Below are positions 31,112 through 39,667 of a DNA stretch of 40,425 nucleotides, in pieces. The stretch covers positions 1-40,425 of the forward strand of contig DATGCY010000724.1 of NCBI GenBank assembly GCA_035311385.1. Direction: 5' to 3'. Source of the DNA: Candidatus Methylomirabilota bacterium (lineage in GTDB: Bacteria > Methylomirabilota > Methylomirabilia > Rokubacteriales > CSP1-6). The stretch's first letter is position 1. Each line of letters begins with the position of its first letter. Position numbers and translations under genes: made by a program. Under the pieces are notes generated by a model. The model ran no database searches. It was not told the origin of the DNA and worked only from the letters and a program-made list of their open reading frames with translations.

Positions 31112-31384
31112 TCATCCCAGATTCACGGGGACCCATTGCTTGGAGTTCCCGTCATCGTAGTAGATGTAAAGCTTGCCGCTGTCGCTCCGCCACCAGAGCT
31201 GCCCGACGGTCGGGGTCGTCGGCGCGGTCGTGCCGATCGAGGCGAGCCCGACTCTGTTCCAGGTCGTCCCGTCCGAGCCGTAGAGCGCTTTCTCTCCGGT
31301 GTTCCAGTACGTATCCCCCGCCGCGCCGGCCGCAGGGGCGCTCGCGTAGGGGGCGGCATTGGTGATGCCATAGTCGCGCGCCAT
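31112..31384 (-). CDS. Mini fibre-motif protein (90 aa, two motif copies)
   Basis: GDTYWNTGEKALYGSDGTTWN and GQLWWRSDSGKLYIYYDDGNSKQWV. Confidence 0.6.
   Translation of the reverse strand: MARDYGITNAAPYASAPAAGAAGDTYWNTGEKALYGSDGTTWNRVGLASIGTTAPTTPTVGQLWWRSDSGKLYIYYDDGNSKQWVPVNLG
31130..31207. repeat. ~80-bp direct repeat, copy B
   Basis: See 30928-31008. Confidence 0.8.
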
Positions 31385-32623
31385 TTAGCCCACCACCACC
31401 ACCCGGTAGCCCGCCCCGAGATTCGGGTTGTAGCGGATCGTCACGGTGTTCACGGTGGCGGCGTCCCAGTCGACCATGACCGCGGTGTACGGCGTCGCGC
31501 CGTTGTAGACCGACACCTGCACGTCGCGCGTGTTCAGGTTGTGGGTGACGGTCTCCGGCGACGCGGTCCCCGTTAAGGCAGCGGCGAATTTCTTCGCCAT
31601 CCCGGTGACGGCGGTGTTCACGTAGGCTTGCGTCGCGATGACCGTGGTGTCGACCGCCGTCGTGCCCGCGCTGACGACGATCCCGGTGCCGGCGCCCACG
31701 GCAAAGACGTTGCCGGTGAGCGTCAAGCCGTTGCCCGCGCTGTACGAGCCAGGACCGCCGAACTGCGTCCAAGTGAGCGCCGTTGTCCCGATCGTGATCG
31801 GGAGGTTGGTCGTCATCACCCACGCGGTGTCGCTCTGGGTCGTGCCCTCGGAGACGAAGACTGCCGCATTCAGGATGTCGTTCGCGGCGGCAGCGTCCGT
31901 CGAGCGCGTCCATGCACCGGAGGCGGCGACATAGATCCCATTCTCGGCCGGGGCGGTCTGGTTCTTCAGCAGCACGCGGTCGCCCGCCGCGACGGTCACG
32001 CCATCGACCGCAATCAGCCCCCCCGTCGCGATGACGACGTTTGCCGTCGAGGCGACGCGGACGGCATCCTTCCAAGCGAGGCCGTTGATGGCGGCATCGA
32101 CGTAGCCCTTCGTCGAGGCGTCCGTGGCAGCGGTCGGCGTCCCGAGGTTGGTTAGCTTGAAGCCGCCCCAGGAGACGTCTGCGGTCGGGGGCGCGAGGGC
32201 GGAGTGGTTGATGGCGGAGTGGTCCGCGTTGAGATGGGTCGGCGTGCCGTGCGTGTGGTCCGAGTGCGGCACCGTCACCGCCGAGCCGGTGGCGGAGGCC
32301 GCGCCGAATGCCGTCTGGGCGGTGACGGCCCCAAACGTCGGCATGCCATGCTTGTGATCCTCGCGGGCGAAGTTGGTCAGGGTCCCGACGACCGGGGCGT
32401 CCCCGATCGCCTGCGTCGTCACGGTCGTCGCCGGGGTGGCACCCGCGCCTGCCTTCGCCGCTTGCCACGTCGTGCCGTCGTACCAGTACAGCGTGTTGGC
32501 GGTCGTGTCGAAATACATGAGCCCCTTCACCGGGGACGCCGGTGCGGAGCCCAAGTTTTGCATCACTGCGTTGCGGAGCTCGTTTTTGACGAGGTCAACG
32601 AAACCGTAGATGGTCGGCATCAC
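31385..32623 (-). CDS. Tail fibre protein (412 aa)
   Basis: The N-terminal LRNAVMQNLGSAPASPVKGLMYFDTTANTLYWYDGTTWQ is a typical fibre attachment motif. The rest is Thr/Ala/Gly-rich and beta-type. Confidence 0.65.
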   Translation of the reverse strand: MMPTIYGFVDLVKNELRNAVMQNLGSAPASPVKGLMYFDTTANTLYWYDGTTWQAAKAGAGATPATTVTTQAIGDAPVVGTLTNFAREDHKHGMPTFGAVTAQTAFGAASATGSAVTVPHSDHTHGTPTHLNADHSAINHSALAPPTADVSWGGFKLTNLGTPTAATDASTKGYVDAAINGLAWKDAVRVASTANVVIATGGLIAVDGVTVAAGDRVLLKNQTAPAENGIYVAASGAWTRSTDAAAANDILNAAVFVSEGTTQSDTAWVMTTNLPITIGTTALTWTQFGGPGSYSAGNGLTLTGNVFAVGAGTGIVVSAGTTAVDTTVIATQAYVNTAVTGMAKKFAAALTGTASPETVTHNLNTRDVQVSVYNGATPYTAVMVDWDAATVNTVTIRYNPNLGAGYRVVVVG

Positions 32624-32630
32624 ATCCCCC

Positions 32631-33005
32631 CTAGCTCAGGTACGCCTCACCACCGACCGCTGCCGAGAATGTCAACGTGACCGTCGTCGCATTCGGGTAG
32701 TTCACGTCCCCCGGGATGATCTCGCGGCCCGTCGAGTCTACCGCCGTCACGTTGGGCCGGAAGGACAAGCTGTGCGTGATCGTCCACGTCGGTGCCGCGG
32801 ATGCCTGCACGTAGCGGTATCCCAGCGACGCTGGCGACCCCGCCGGAGGATCAGCCCAGACCGTGTCATAGTCCGTGCCCGATGCCTTCTCGAGCACCTG
32901 ACCCACCGTGCCCCCTGCGGGGACGCCTGGGCCAGTCGGCCCCTGCGCGCCGCCCGTGGCGGGCTCCCGCCAGACCATCTGATGCGAAAAGAGCGGGCGC
33001 GGCAT
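32631..33005 (-). CDS. Small fibre-associated protein with short collagen-like segment (124 aa)
   Basis: GPTGPGVPAGGTVGQVLEKASGTDYDTVW, followed by a ~75-aa beta domain. Confidence 0.6.
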   Translation of the reverse strand: MPRPLFSHQMVWREPATGGAQGPTGPGVPAGGTVGQVLEKASGTDYDTVWADPPAGSPASLGYRYVQASAAPTWTITHSLSFRPNVTAVDSTGREIIPGDVNYPNATTVTLTFSAAVGGEAYLS

Positions 33006-35533
33006 CAGGATTTCCGCGACTGGTCGGTGCCCGTCGGGGCGTAGTAGACGACGAGCCCGATCAACGGCACGTCCCCGACGACACTGCCATCCGTCGTGAT
33101 GTCTCCGGAGAGCGAATAGCCGTCACCGCACTGGAGTGGTTGCAGACGGCGGCGGTTCGGCCCCTGCGGATAGCGGAGTGTCTGGCGATAGACGCCATCG
33201 ACGTTGATCGTCATCGCCACGGGATGATTCGTGTTCTCCGTCGCCTGCGCGATCATCTCGAGCGCACGGAAGGATTTCCGGACGGCGCGGTTCGGGGGCT
33301 GCGCGTCCCCGTAATCGAGCTCCGGGAGCGAGATGCGCGTCGCCACCCCGCGCGGAGTATCGGCATTCGCCACGAAATCCCGGTCGGTACGTCGCCCATA
33401 TGTCTGCGGCTCGACGAACCACGCATTGCCGTATTCCCCGATCACCACGGCTTGCCGCCCGGTGAAATCCCGATGCTTCAAGCAGAACGCGTTCGGCACC
33501 CACATGCGCGCCGTCGTCATCCGCATCGGGCCCCCCTGCGGGACGAGGGAGAAATCCCACCGGATGACGAGATCATTGTCGGCAGGCGTCTGCGCGGAGG
33601 CACTGGCGCTCCGGAGCCCGAACCACGCCGTCTTGGTCGCGGTGTCGTACACCGAGACGAGGGTGTTCAGGGTGCCAATGTTGACGTTCTGCTGCGTCCA
33701 CGTGTGGAGTCCCAGCGCCCGGGTGATGTCGGAATCCCGTGTGCCGCCGAGACTCGCGACTGCGGAGAGCAAGTGAAAGTGGCCCTCTGCGTCACAGAAA
33801 ATCACGTCGTCATCCACGGCGAGGACGGCATACGGACTCGGCGCGCATCCCAGCGCCGTGGAGCGCGTGCGATAGCTCCACTGGAGGCGATCCGTGGGCG
33901 TGTCATCCACGTAGAAGATCCCGTAGGGGTATTTCCAGAGGTAGAGGACACCTTGATACTGCGCGGCACCGTAGAGCCGCCGCCCGATGTTCGAGGCGAC
34001 GCGGATGCTCATGTAGGGGACGGCAGGTGCCGCCGTCGTCTGGAAATCCTCGTGATCGGCGGGGGTCGACCAGTAGATCCGGTGCGGATCATTCAGGTTC
34101 CCGAAGATGACGAGCGAGTCCTGATGCACGATCCCGTTGAGGGGTTGCTTGCTGGCGTCCTGCGTGGTCCCCCAGTCCGCAGCGGGCTTCGCGATGGGGG
34201 CCGCTGTCTGCCCGTCGCCGGGAAGAACTTGGACCGGATCGACGCCGTTCAGATAGAACAGCTTCCGCAGCCGTGACGCATCCTCCTTGCCGCCGACGAC
34301 AAAGCGCCCGGGACGCACCATCGCCAGCGGATAGTTTGCCCAGATAGCATCTAGGTTGCCGTGGGCCCCCAGTGCCCCGCGCGTCGGATCTTCCTTCAGG
34401 ATGTAGCCGCCTGCGGGCGAGAATTGCTCGATGTTCGCGACGGTGATGAGGACGGGGCCCGCACGGCGGGTGACGCTCGCCACGGTCTGGTTCGTCGCGA
34501 ACGGCGTCACCGTGGAGATCTGCGTGCTGGACGGAAAATCCTTGACCACCTGCGACTCACCGCCGACGATGATGATGTCCCCGGGACGGAACGCGTTCAC
34601 CGTGTTCACTTGGGTCGTGATGATGTTCGACCCTGCCACGACCGTCGTGCTGCCCGAGATCGCAGAGGTGTCGTCAGGAACCCACTCGATCTGCGCCGCG
34701 ATGTGCGCGGATGCCCACCAGACATTCGAGGTGAGGGCCGCGAGCCGATGTGCGCCTGAGTTGACCGTGGCGCGATTCGTCCATCGGAATGTGCTCGTAT
34801 AATCCGGCGTGACGGTGGACGAACTGGACGCAGCGAGCGCGATGCCGATGAGGGGGTAGGACTGCGACATCCCGCTGATGCTGGAGGTGGTCGATCCCGT
34901 CGATGAGGCGCTCTCGTTCTCGCGAACGGTGAGCGGCACCTTCACATCGCTGGTGCTGGTGGAGATGATGTTGACGTTGGCGGTGCCTGGCGAGAACGTG
35001 ATCGTCACCGTGTCCCCGGATTGGATCTGCTGCGTGATCACGGCACCCCAGATCTGCCCGTGCAGCCCGGATGCCTGCGTCACCTCCGTCAGAAGCGTGT
35101 ACGTGTTGCCTCGCGAGTCCGTGATGCTTGTCGCCCCGCCGGTCAGCGCCGAGATGCGAACGGCGTGCAAGCATCCCACGGCGACGATGGAGGCGAACGG
35201 CGCGGAGACCCATGGGGAGGTGACGGTGCCAGCGATCCCGGTCAGCAGGCGTGTCCCGAAATACTGGGACGTGGGGAGCGCGTCCACGAACACCATCGCG
35301 ATGATCGACGGAGCGCCAGCTGTCGTCGGAGTCCATGCCACTTGGAGCGGAAGGGAATCGATCCCCTGCGGGTCGTAGTACGTCGCGGCGGGCTCCTTGT
35401 TGATCAGATCGTTCTCCACCACCACGTTCTCACCGATCAGGATCTCGCCAGCTTTCGCCCGCCAGCGGTTCGGGTGCGACACCATCCCCGCCGTGCCGAA
35501 CGGGACCAGATAGGCCGTGCCCTGCTGCGGCAT
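33005..35533 (-). CDS. Large tail protein (842 aa; nozzle/tubular-B-like by size and position)
   Basis: ORF-track ORF. Follows a 342-aa gene and precedes the fibre genes. No motif securely recognised. Confidence 0.45.
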   Translation of the reverse strand: MPQQGTAYLVPFGTAGMVSHPNRWRAKAGEILIGENVVVENDLINKEPAATYYDPQGIDSLPLQVAWTPTTAGAPSIIAMVFVDALPTSQYFGTRLLTGIAGTVTSPWVSAPFASIVAVGCLHAVRISALTGGATSITDSRGNTYTLLTEVTQASGLHGQIWGAVITQQIQSGDTVTITFSPGTANVNIISTSTSDVKVPLTVRENESASSTGSTTSSISGMSQSYPLIGIALAASSSSTVTPDYTSTFRWTNRATVNSGAHRLAALTSNVWWASAHIAAQIEWVPDDTSAISGSTTVVAGSNIITTQVNTVNAFRPGDIIIVGGESQVVKDFPSSTQISTVTPFATNQTVASVTRRAGPVLITVANIEQFSPAGGYILKEDPTRGALGAHGNLDAIWANYPLAMVRPGRFVVGGKEDASRLRKLFYLNGVDPVQVLPGDGQTAAPIAKPAADWGTTQDASKQPLNGIVHQDSLVIFGNLNDPHRIYWSTPADHEDFQTTAAPAVPYMSIRVASNIGRRLYGAAQYQGVLYLWKYPYGIFYVDDTPTDRLQWSYRTRSTALGCAPSPYAVLAVDDDVIFCDAEGHFHLLSAVASLGGTRDSDITRALGLHTWTQQNVNIGTLNTLVSVYDTATKTAWFGLRSASASAQTPADNDLVIRWDFSLVPQGGPMRMTTARMWVPNAFCLKHRDFTGRQAVVIGEYGNAWFVEPQTYGRRTDRDFVANADTPRGVATRISLPELDYGDAQPPNRAVRKSFRALEMIAQATENTNHPVAMTINVDGVYRQTLRYPQGPNRRRLQPLQCGDGYSLSGDITTDGSVVGDVPLIGLVVYYAPTGTDQSRKS

Positions 35534-36562
35534 CTACCAGCTCCAGACCGGGAGTCCGCCCGTCGTCCAGAGCGGTGGGCCCCAGGCCTGCGTCACGCGG
35601 GACGGCTGGACAACGCCCCACCGGGACGACATCCGCCGCAGCCCGCGGCGGTACTCGTCCATCATCGCCTTCCACTGCGCTTGGAACTGCTGCCAGACCG
35701 GTGTGGCTGACGAGTCGTCCTTGTCCGCCAAGATGAGATACGCGAGCCCATAGGACAGAATCCGGCGGTGCTGGATCGGCACCATCGGGATCGCGCCCTC
35801 CGCGAGTACATCGGGCCGACGGATGTACTCGAACTCGATCTGGACGGGATAGGGCGTGTCGGGCGTGTAGAGATAGTGCGAGAACCGGAGCTTCGTTTCG
35901 GTCACGCGAGCCGCGACGACGGGCAGCCCGCTCTGTGTGCGTCCGGCCGCCATCGGATAGGTCTGCGGGTAGTAGCGCTCGAGATCGGGCGGATCGATGA
36001 CGTCGATCGTGTAGGGGAAGCCACTCGCCGGGAACGCCATGATGAAGAGCGGCGAGGTGCCGCGGATGAAGTCGGTCGGGAGCTCGTAGGTGTCAGGATA
36101 CGCCATCCAACTCGTGACGGACTTGGTGCGCCCCGTCCACGGCTCCGAGAGCGTGATGTAGGTCACGTTGTTCGGGACATCGTTCTGACTGACGGTGACG
36201 AGATGGCGTGCGGGGGTGGTGTCTTCTTGGATGCGATAGCCAGCGAGCGACGTGCCGTCGGGGAGGATCTGCGCCGTCACGGAACGGCTGCCCATCGTGA
36301 ACGTCGCCGTCAACTTGTGATCGCCGTTGATCGGCTGGCTTAACTGGATCGCGCCCCGCGGCCACGCCCGCGCCCAGAGCCAGTCATACGGGACGACGGT
36401 CGACGGCCCGAATTGGCCGCCCGAGAGCAGCGCTCGCTCAACGATCGTCAGCCACTCGTATGCCCGGCCGTCATATTGTGAATTCCCGTCGTCGGGCTCG
36501 CCGGCGAGGAAGAGGCCATCCTTCTTGAGATCAACCGCAGTGGTGAAGTAGCCCACGGGCAC
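35534..36562 (-). CDS. Tail/adaptor protein (342 aa)
   Basis: ORF-track ORF that abuts the 842-aa gene. The assignment is positional. Confidence 0.45.
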   Translation of the reverse strand: MPVGYFTTAVDLKKDGLFLAGEPDDGNSQYDGRAYEWLTIVERALLSGGQFGPSTVVPYDWLWARAWPRGAIQLSQPINGDHKLTATFTMGSRSVTAQILPDGTSLAGYRIQEDTTPARHLVTVSQNDVPNNVTYITLSEPWTGRTKSVTSWMAYPDTYELPTDFIRGTSPLFIMAFPASGFPYTIDVIDPPDLERYYPQTYPMAAGRTQSGLPVVAARVTETKLRFSHYLYTPDTPYPVQIEFEYIRRPDVLAEGAIPMVPIQHRRILSYGLAYLILADKDDSSATPVWQQFQAQWKAMMDEYRRGLRRMSSRWGVVQPSRVTQAWGPPLWTTGGLPVWSW

Positions 36563-36568
36563 CTCACC

Positions 36569-36928
36569 TCAGAGCCAGATCAGGCGTACCGCCGAGATCG
36601 CCGCCGTCGTCTGGAGAATGAGCGGGGTGATGGCGAGCGCCAAAACCGTGGCGCAGTTGGGATTGAGCGCAACGCCCGTGTCGCCGGCGGCGCCCTTCAA
36701 GACGATCGGGGTCACGTTGGTGGGCGGCGGGATGATGACGAGCATCGTCGCGCCCGTCGGCATGGCGAGCGTCGTTGTCCCCGACGCGAGGGTCACGATG
36801 TCGATGTCCCCGACCGCTTGATCCATCGTCCACGCCGCACTGATCGGGACCGGCAGCGTGGAGACATCCATGGCCGTCAGCCCGTCAATGTGGGCTTGGA
36901 AGAGTGCTCGAGCGGTGACCGCTCCCAT
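36569..36928 (-). CDS. Hypothetical virion-module protein (119 aa from ATG 36928)
   Basis: The internal ATG follows the upstream stop at 36936. The upstream part of ORF 36569..37021 overlaps the preceding gene. Confidence 0.45.
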   Translation of the reverse strand: MGAVTARALFQAHIDGLTAMDVSTLPVPISAAWTMDQAVGDIDIVTLASGTTTLAMPTGATMLVIIPPPTNVTPIVLKGAAGDTGVALNPNCATVLALAITPLILQTTAAISAVRLIWL

Positions 36929-36935
36929 GGGCGGC

Positions 36936-37352
36936 TCAGCTCGCGGCGGGTATCCGCTGCCGCTCCCGGGCTGGGGCTGGAGGTTGCGGAGTCTCGATCG
37001 GTTTCGCGCCGACCGTCGCAAACGTGCCCCGAATGTGCCCGATCAGGTGCTGTTCCTTCTCGGAGCTGTTCATCTGATCACCGCAGAATTCGCACGTCCA
37101 GACGATCGCCGGCCCACCCGTGGAGACCACGATCGGCGTCGCCGCCATGACGTTGCGGTACTCCTCCGGGACTTGCTCCGGTGGAATCGGCATCCCCCCC
37201 TGATCGAACCACTGGCCATTTTGCCACGTGTAGAGTGCCATGCCGGTCGGCCCGAGATGCGCGAAGCTCCGCGTGGGATTGATCCGCACGCACGTCATCT
37301 GCGTGGTGGCGCGGTCGGGCTCAAGGATGTGGACCGGTTCAAGCCGCGCCAT
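36936..37352 (-). CDS. Virion-module protein with C2H2-like zinc-finger pattern (138 aa)
   Basis: CEFC-x11-H-x3-H (WTCEFCGDQMNSSEKEQHLIGH). Confidence 0.5.
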   Translation of the reverse strand: MARLEPVHILEPDRATTQMTCVRINPTRSFAHLGPTGMALYTWQNGQWFDQGGMPIPPEQVPEEYRNVMAATPIVVSTGGPAIVWTCEFCGDQMNSSEKEQHLIGHIRGTFATVGAKPIETPQPPAPARERQRIPAAS

Positions 37353-37732
37353 CAGTAGCCCTCAACCTCGCAGACAAGCTGCTGCGTTGGCGGGATCGCG
37401 GTTGCTGCCGCGAGTTCTGCGTCTCCGCCGCCCGCCGCCGCATTCGCCATCGCGACGAGTTTGGGGCTGGTGGCGTCCCCGTTCCACGTCCACCCCGGAT
37501 TACTCGCACCAGCGACCGGGGTCACACCGACGACGACGATCCGCTGGACCCGGCGGGGACATCCCAGCTGGAGCTTGTCGAGTGCCACGCCGCCGGTCGC
37601 ATACGTGTTGTTGGTCCCGGCATTCGCCCCGGTCGGAAACGAGATGGCGATGATCCGTCTGGTCCGCCCCGGCGCCGACAGGATCTTGTCGGTCGTGGCG
37701 TAGGTGATCTCTGCGAGGGTGATCGCAGCCAT
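37352..37732 (-). CDS. Hypothetical virion-module protein (126 aa)
   Basis: ORF-track ORF. One-base overlap with the downstream start. Confidence 0.5.
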   Translation of the reverse strand: MAAITLAEITYATTDKILSAPGRTRRIIAISFPTGANAGTNNTYATGGVALDKLQLGCPRRVQRIVVVGVTPVAGASNPGWTWNGDATSPKLVAMANAAAGGGDAELAAATAIPPTQQLVCEVEGY

Positions 37733-37741
37733 CGCGCCCTC

Positions 37742-38170
37742 CTAGGTGGTGCTCACCACGTCCACGGTGCGGCTGCCGGATGGGTAGCACTTGGCGTAGA
37801 GCTGCGCCGTGCCGCTCGCGGGAGCGCCGGTCACACTGAACCGCAGCACTTGGCCCTTATCGAGATGGATCTTCGTGGTCCGACGCAGGCATGCGCCCGC
37901 CGCAATCGCTGCCGTCGGCCCGGTCACGGTCGCCGCCACGGTGTAGCTGCCACCGATCGCCGGGGCCGTCGCCGCCGTGAAGACATAGGCCGTCGCGGCC
38001 GTCGCGGTGCCGATCAGCGCGCCCACCTCGACGACGTCCACGCCCTCCGAGGCGACGAAAAATGCCTTGTCACCCGTGGTGGTGACGTTGCCGGCCACGG
38101 CGTTCGCGGCGTCGGTCGCTTGCCCGTTCGCGGGAAAGGCCCAGGTGTATGTCCCTGCATCCATTGCCAT
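37742..38170 (-). CDS. Hypothetical virion-module protein (142 aa)
   Basis: ORF-track ORF directly downstream of the capsid gene. Ala/Thr/Gly-rich and beta-type. Confidence 0.5.
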   Translation of the reverse strand: MAMDAGTYTWAFPANGQATDAANAVAGNVTTTGDKAFFVASEGVDVVEVGALIGTATAATAYVFTAATAPAIGGSYTVAATVTGPTAAIAAGACLRRTTKIHLDKGQVLRFSVTGAPASGTAQLYAKCYPSGSRTVDVVSTT

Positions 38171-38182
38171 CGGAGTGTCTCC

Positions 38183-39145
38183 TTACGGGTTCGCGAAGTT
38201 GTTGCCGGTGATCCGCAGCACGCGCGCCTCGCGCGGGTTCGCGGTGGGATGGTAGAGGCCAAACCCGAGCTGCCCGTACCATGCGCAGCCCAAGTTCCGC
38301 CCGTAATCGTCCGCGATCTTGAGCCGCAACTCCGGGGTCTGCGCCTCCGCGAACGCCACCGCCTCGTCTCCGAAGATGAACGCCTGACCGATGTTCGTCC
38401 CCGCAGAGGTGGTCACCTGGAGCACGGTATCGTGGTTGGTCTCGATGATCCGGATGTTCTCCACCATCCCGATCTCACCGCGCTGGAGCTTCTCCGGATT
38501 GCCCAGCACGTACCATTCCTTGAAGAGCGTATCGTTCCGGACCGACCGCGTGGTGGCCCAGTTGGCGATCCCGATGTAGGCGTCGCCCTCCCCGAAGTAC
38601 GGCATCTTGAGCGTGCCATACGCGTAGTCCCGGGCGATCTGGAGATGGTTGATCCCGATGGCCGATGTTGCGGCGACCGACGGCGTGCCGGTCGTGTCGA
38701 TCGTGAAGCCCGATGCCGAGCTGGGCGTCATGGTGATCAGGCCCTTCTTGAACCCATCGCCGGCGGAGACATCCAACGTGAGCTTCATGATCTCGCGGAG
38801 CCGCTTCTTGACGAACGCGGGGAGATCGTACTTCGCGAAGTCGTCCCAGATGTTGGTCCACGTGACGGCTTCGCCAAATTCGAGGATCAAGAACGAGGTG
38901 CCGGAGATCCCGACGGCGGTTTCTGGAATCCGGATGTTCTCCTGGAGGATGCCCTTCGTCGGAGATTCCGGCGGGCCGGTCATCGTGAAGAGGTTGACGG
39001 TGTCGCCCTTCTTCTTCCCAAAGCCGTCGACCGGCTCGACCCACTGGATCACTTCGGCTTTCTCAAAGGCGGCCTCGTACATTTGTTCAGAAAGGAAGTT
39101 ATTCCTGAACGGGCCCGTCGGCGTATCTTGGCTCCAGGTTTGCAT
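38183..39145 (-). CDS. Major capsid protein (320 aa, HK97-fold type)
   Basis: Its position follows the scaffold-like gene. Blocks such as GKKKGDTVNLF and GRNLGCAWYGQLGFG resemble N4 gp56-type capsid proteins as I recall them. Confidence 0.7.
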   Translation of the reverse strand: MQTWSQDTPTGPFRNNFLSEQMYEAAFEKAEVIQWVEPVDGFGKKKGDTVNLFTMTGPPESPTKGILQENIRIPETAVGISGTSFLILEFGEAVTWTNIWDDFAKYDLPAFVKKRLREIMKLTLDVSAGDGFKKGLITMTPSSASGFTIDTTGTPSVAATSAIGINHLQIARDYAYGTLKMPYFGEGDAYIGIANWATTRSVRNDTLFKEWYVLGNPEKLQRGEIGMVENIRIIETNHDTVLQVTTSAGTNIGQAFIFGDEAVAFAEAQTPELRLKIADDYGRNLGCAWYGQLGFGLYHPTANPREARVLRITGNNFANP

Positions 39146-39157
39146 ATCCGCGCTCTC

Positions 39158-39667
39158 CTATTCTCCTCGATGCCGCCGCCACGTCCGCATGCGGTGGCAA
39201 TTCGCACAGACCAAGTCGCACTTGGCGATCTCCGCCAAGGTCTTTTCGAGCGAGCGCCGGACGAGCTCGCTGCCGCCAAACTGAAAGAGCTTCTCCGTAC
39301 CAGGCCGGTGATCGAAATCCATTGCGCAGGGCGGGAAGTGACCACCACAATCCACGCACGGTGCCGCTTTGAGGCGGGCGATCAGTTCGTCACACCGCTG
39401 ACGGCGCAATAATTTGCCGCGTGCAAGGATCTTCGGTTTGTTCTTCTCGTACGAGCGACGAACAACTGCGCGCTGTCGTGCCGGATTGGCGCGGCGTGTG
39501 GCTAGGCCTCGTTTAGCCGTGCACGTACGACAGTAGAATTGCAATCCATCAGGCATCCGGCGGTGTTTGCCGAATGCGGCATGGGGTTTCACGACCCGAC
39601 AATCCGGACATCGCTTGTGGTGCTCCGGAAGAACAGGAGGTGCTTCAAGTGTGAGCAGATCACCCAT
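39158..39667 (-). CDS. HNH endonuclease (169 aa)
   Basis: N-terminal CPDC...CRTC zinc ribbon. C-terminal CVDCGG...MDFDHRPG...CDLVCANCHRMR HNH motif. Confidence 0.8.
   Translation of the reverse strand: MGDLLTLEAPPVLPEHHKRCPDCRVVKPHAAFGKHRRMPDGLQFYCRTCTAKRGLATRRANPARQRAVVRRSYEKNKPKILARGKLLRRQRCDELIARLKAAPCVDCGGHFPPCAMDFDHRPGTEKLFQFGGSELVRRSLEKTLAEIAKCDLVCANCHRMRTWRRHRGE

Noticed and set aside
30928-31207. Diversity-generating retroelement (template/variable repeat pair) in the fibre locus
   Set aside because: No reverse transcriptase is present in the genome. The mismatches between the two ~80-bp repeats involve all base types, not adenines specifically.
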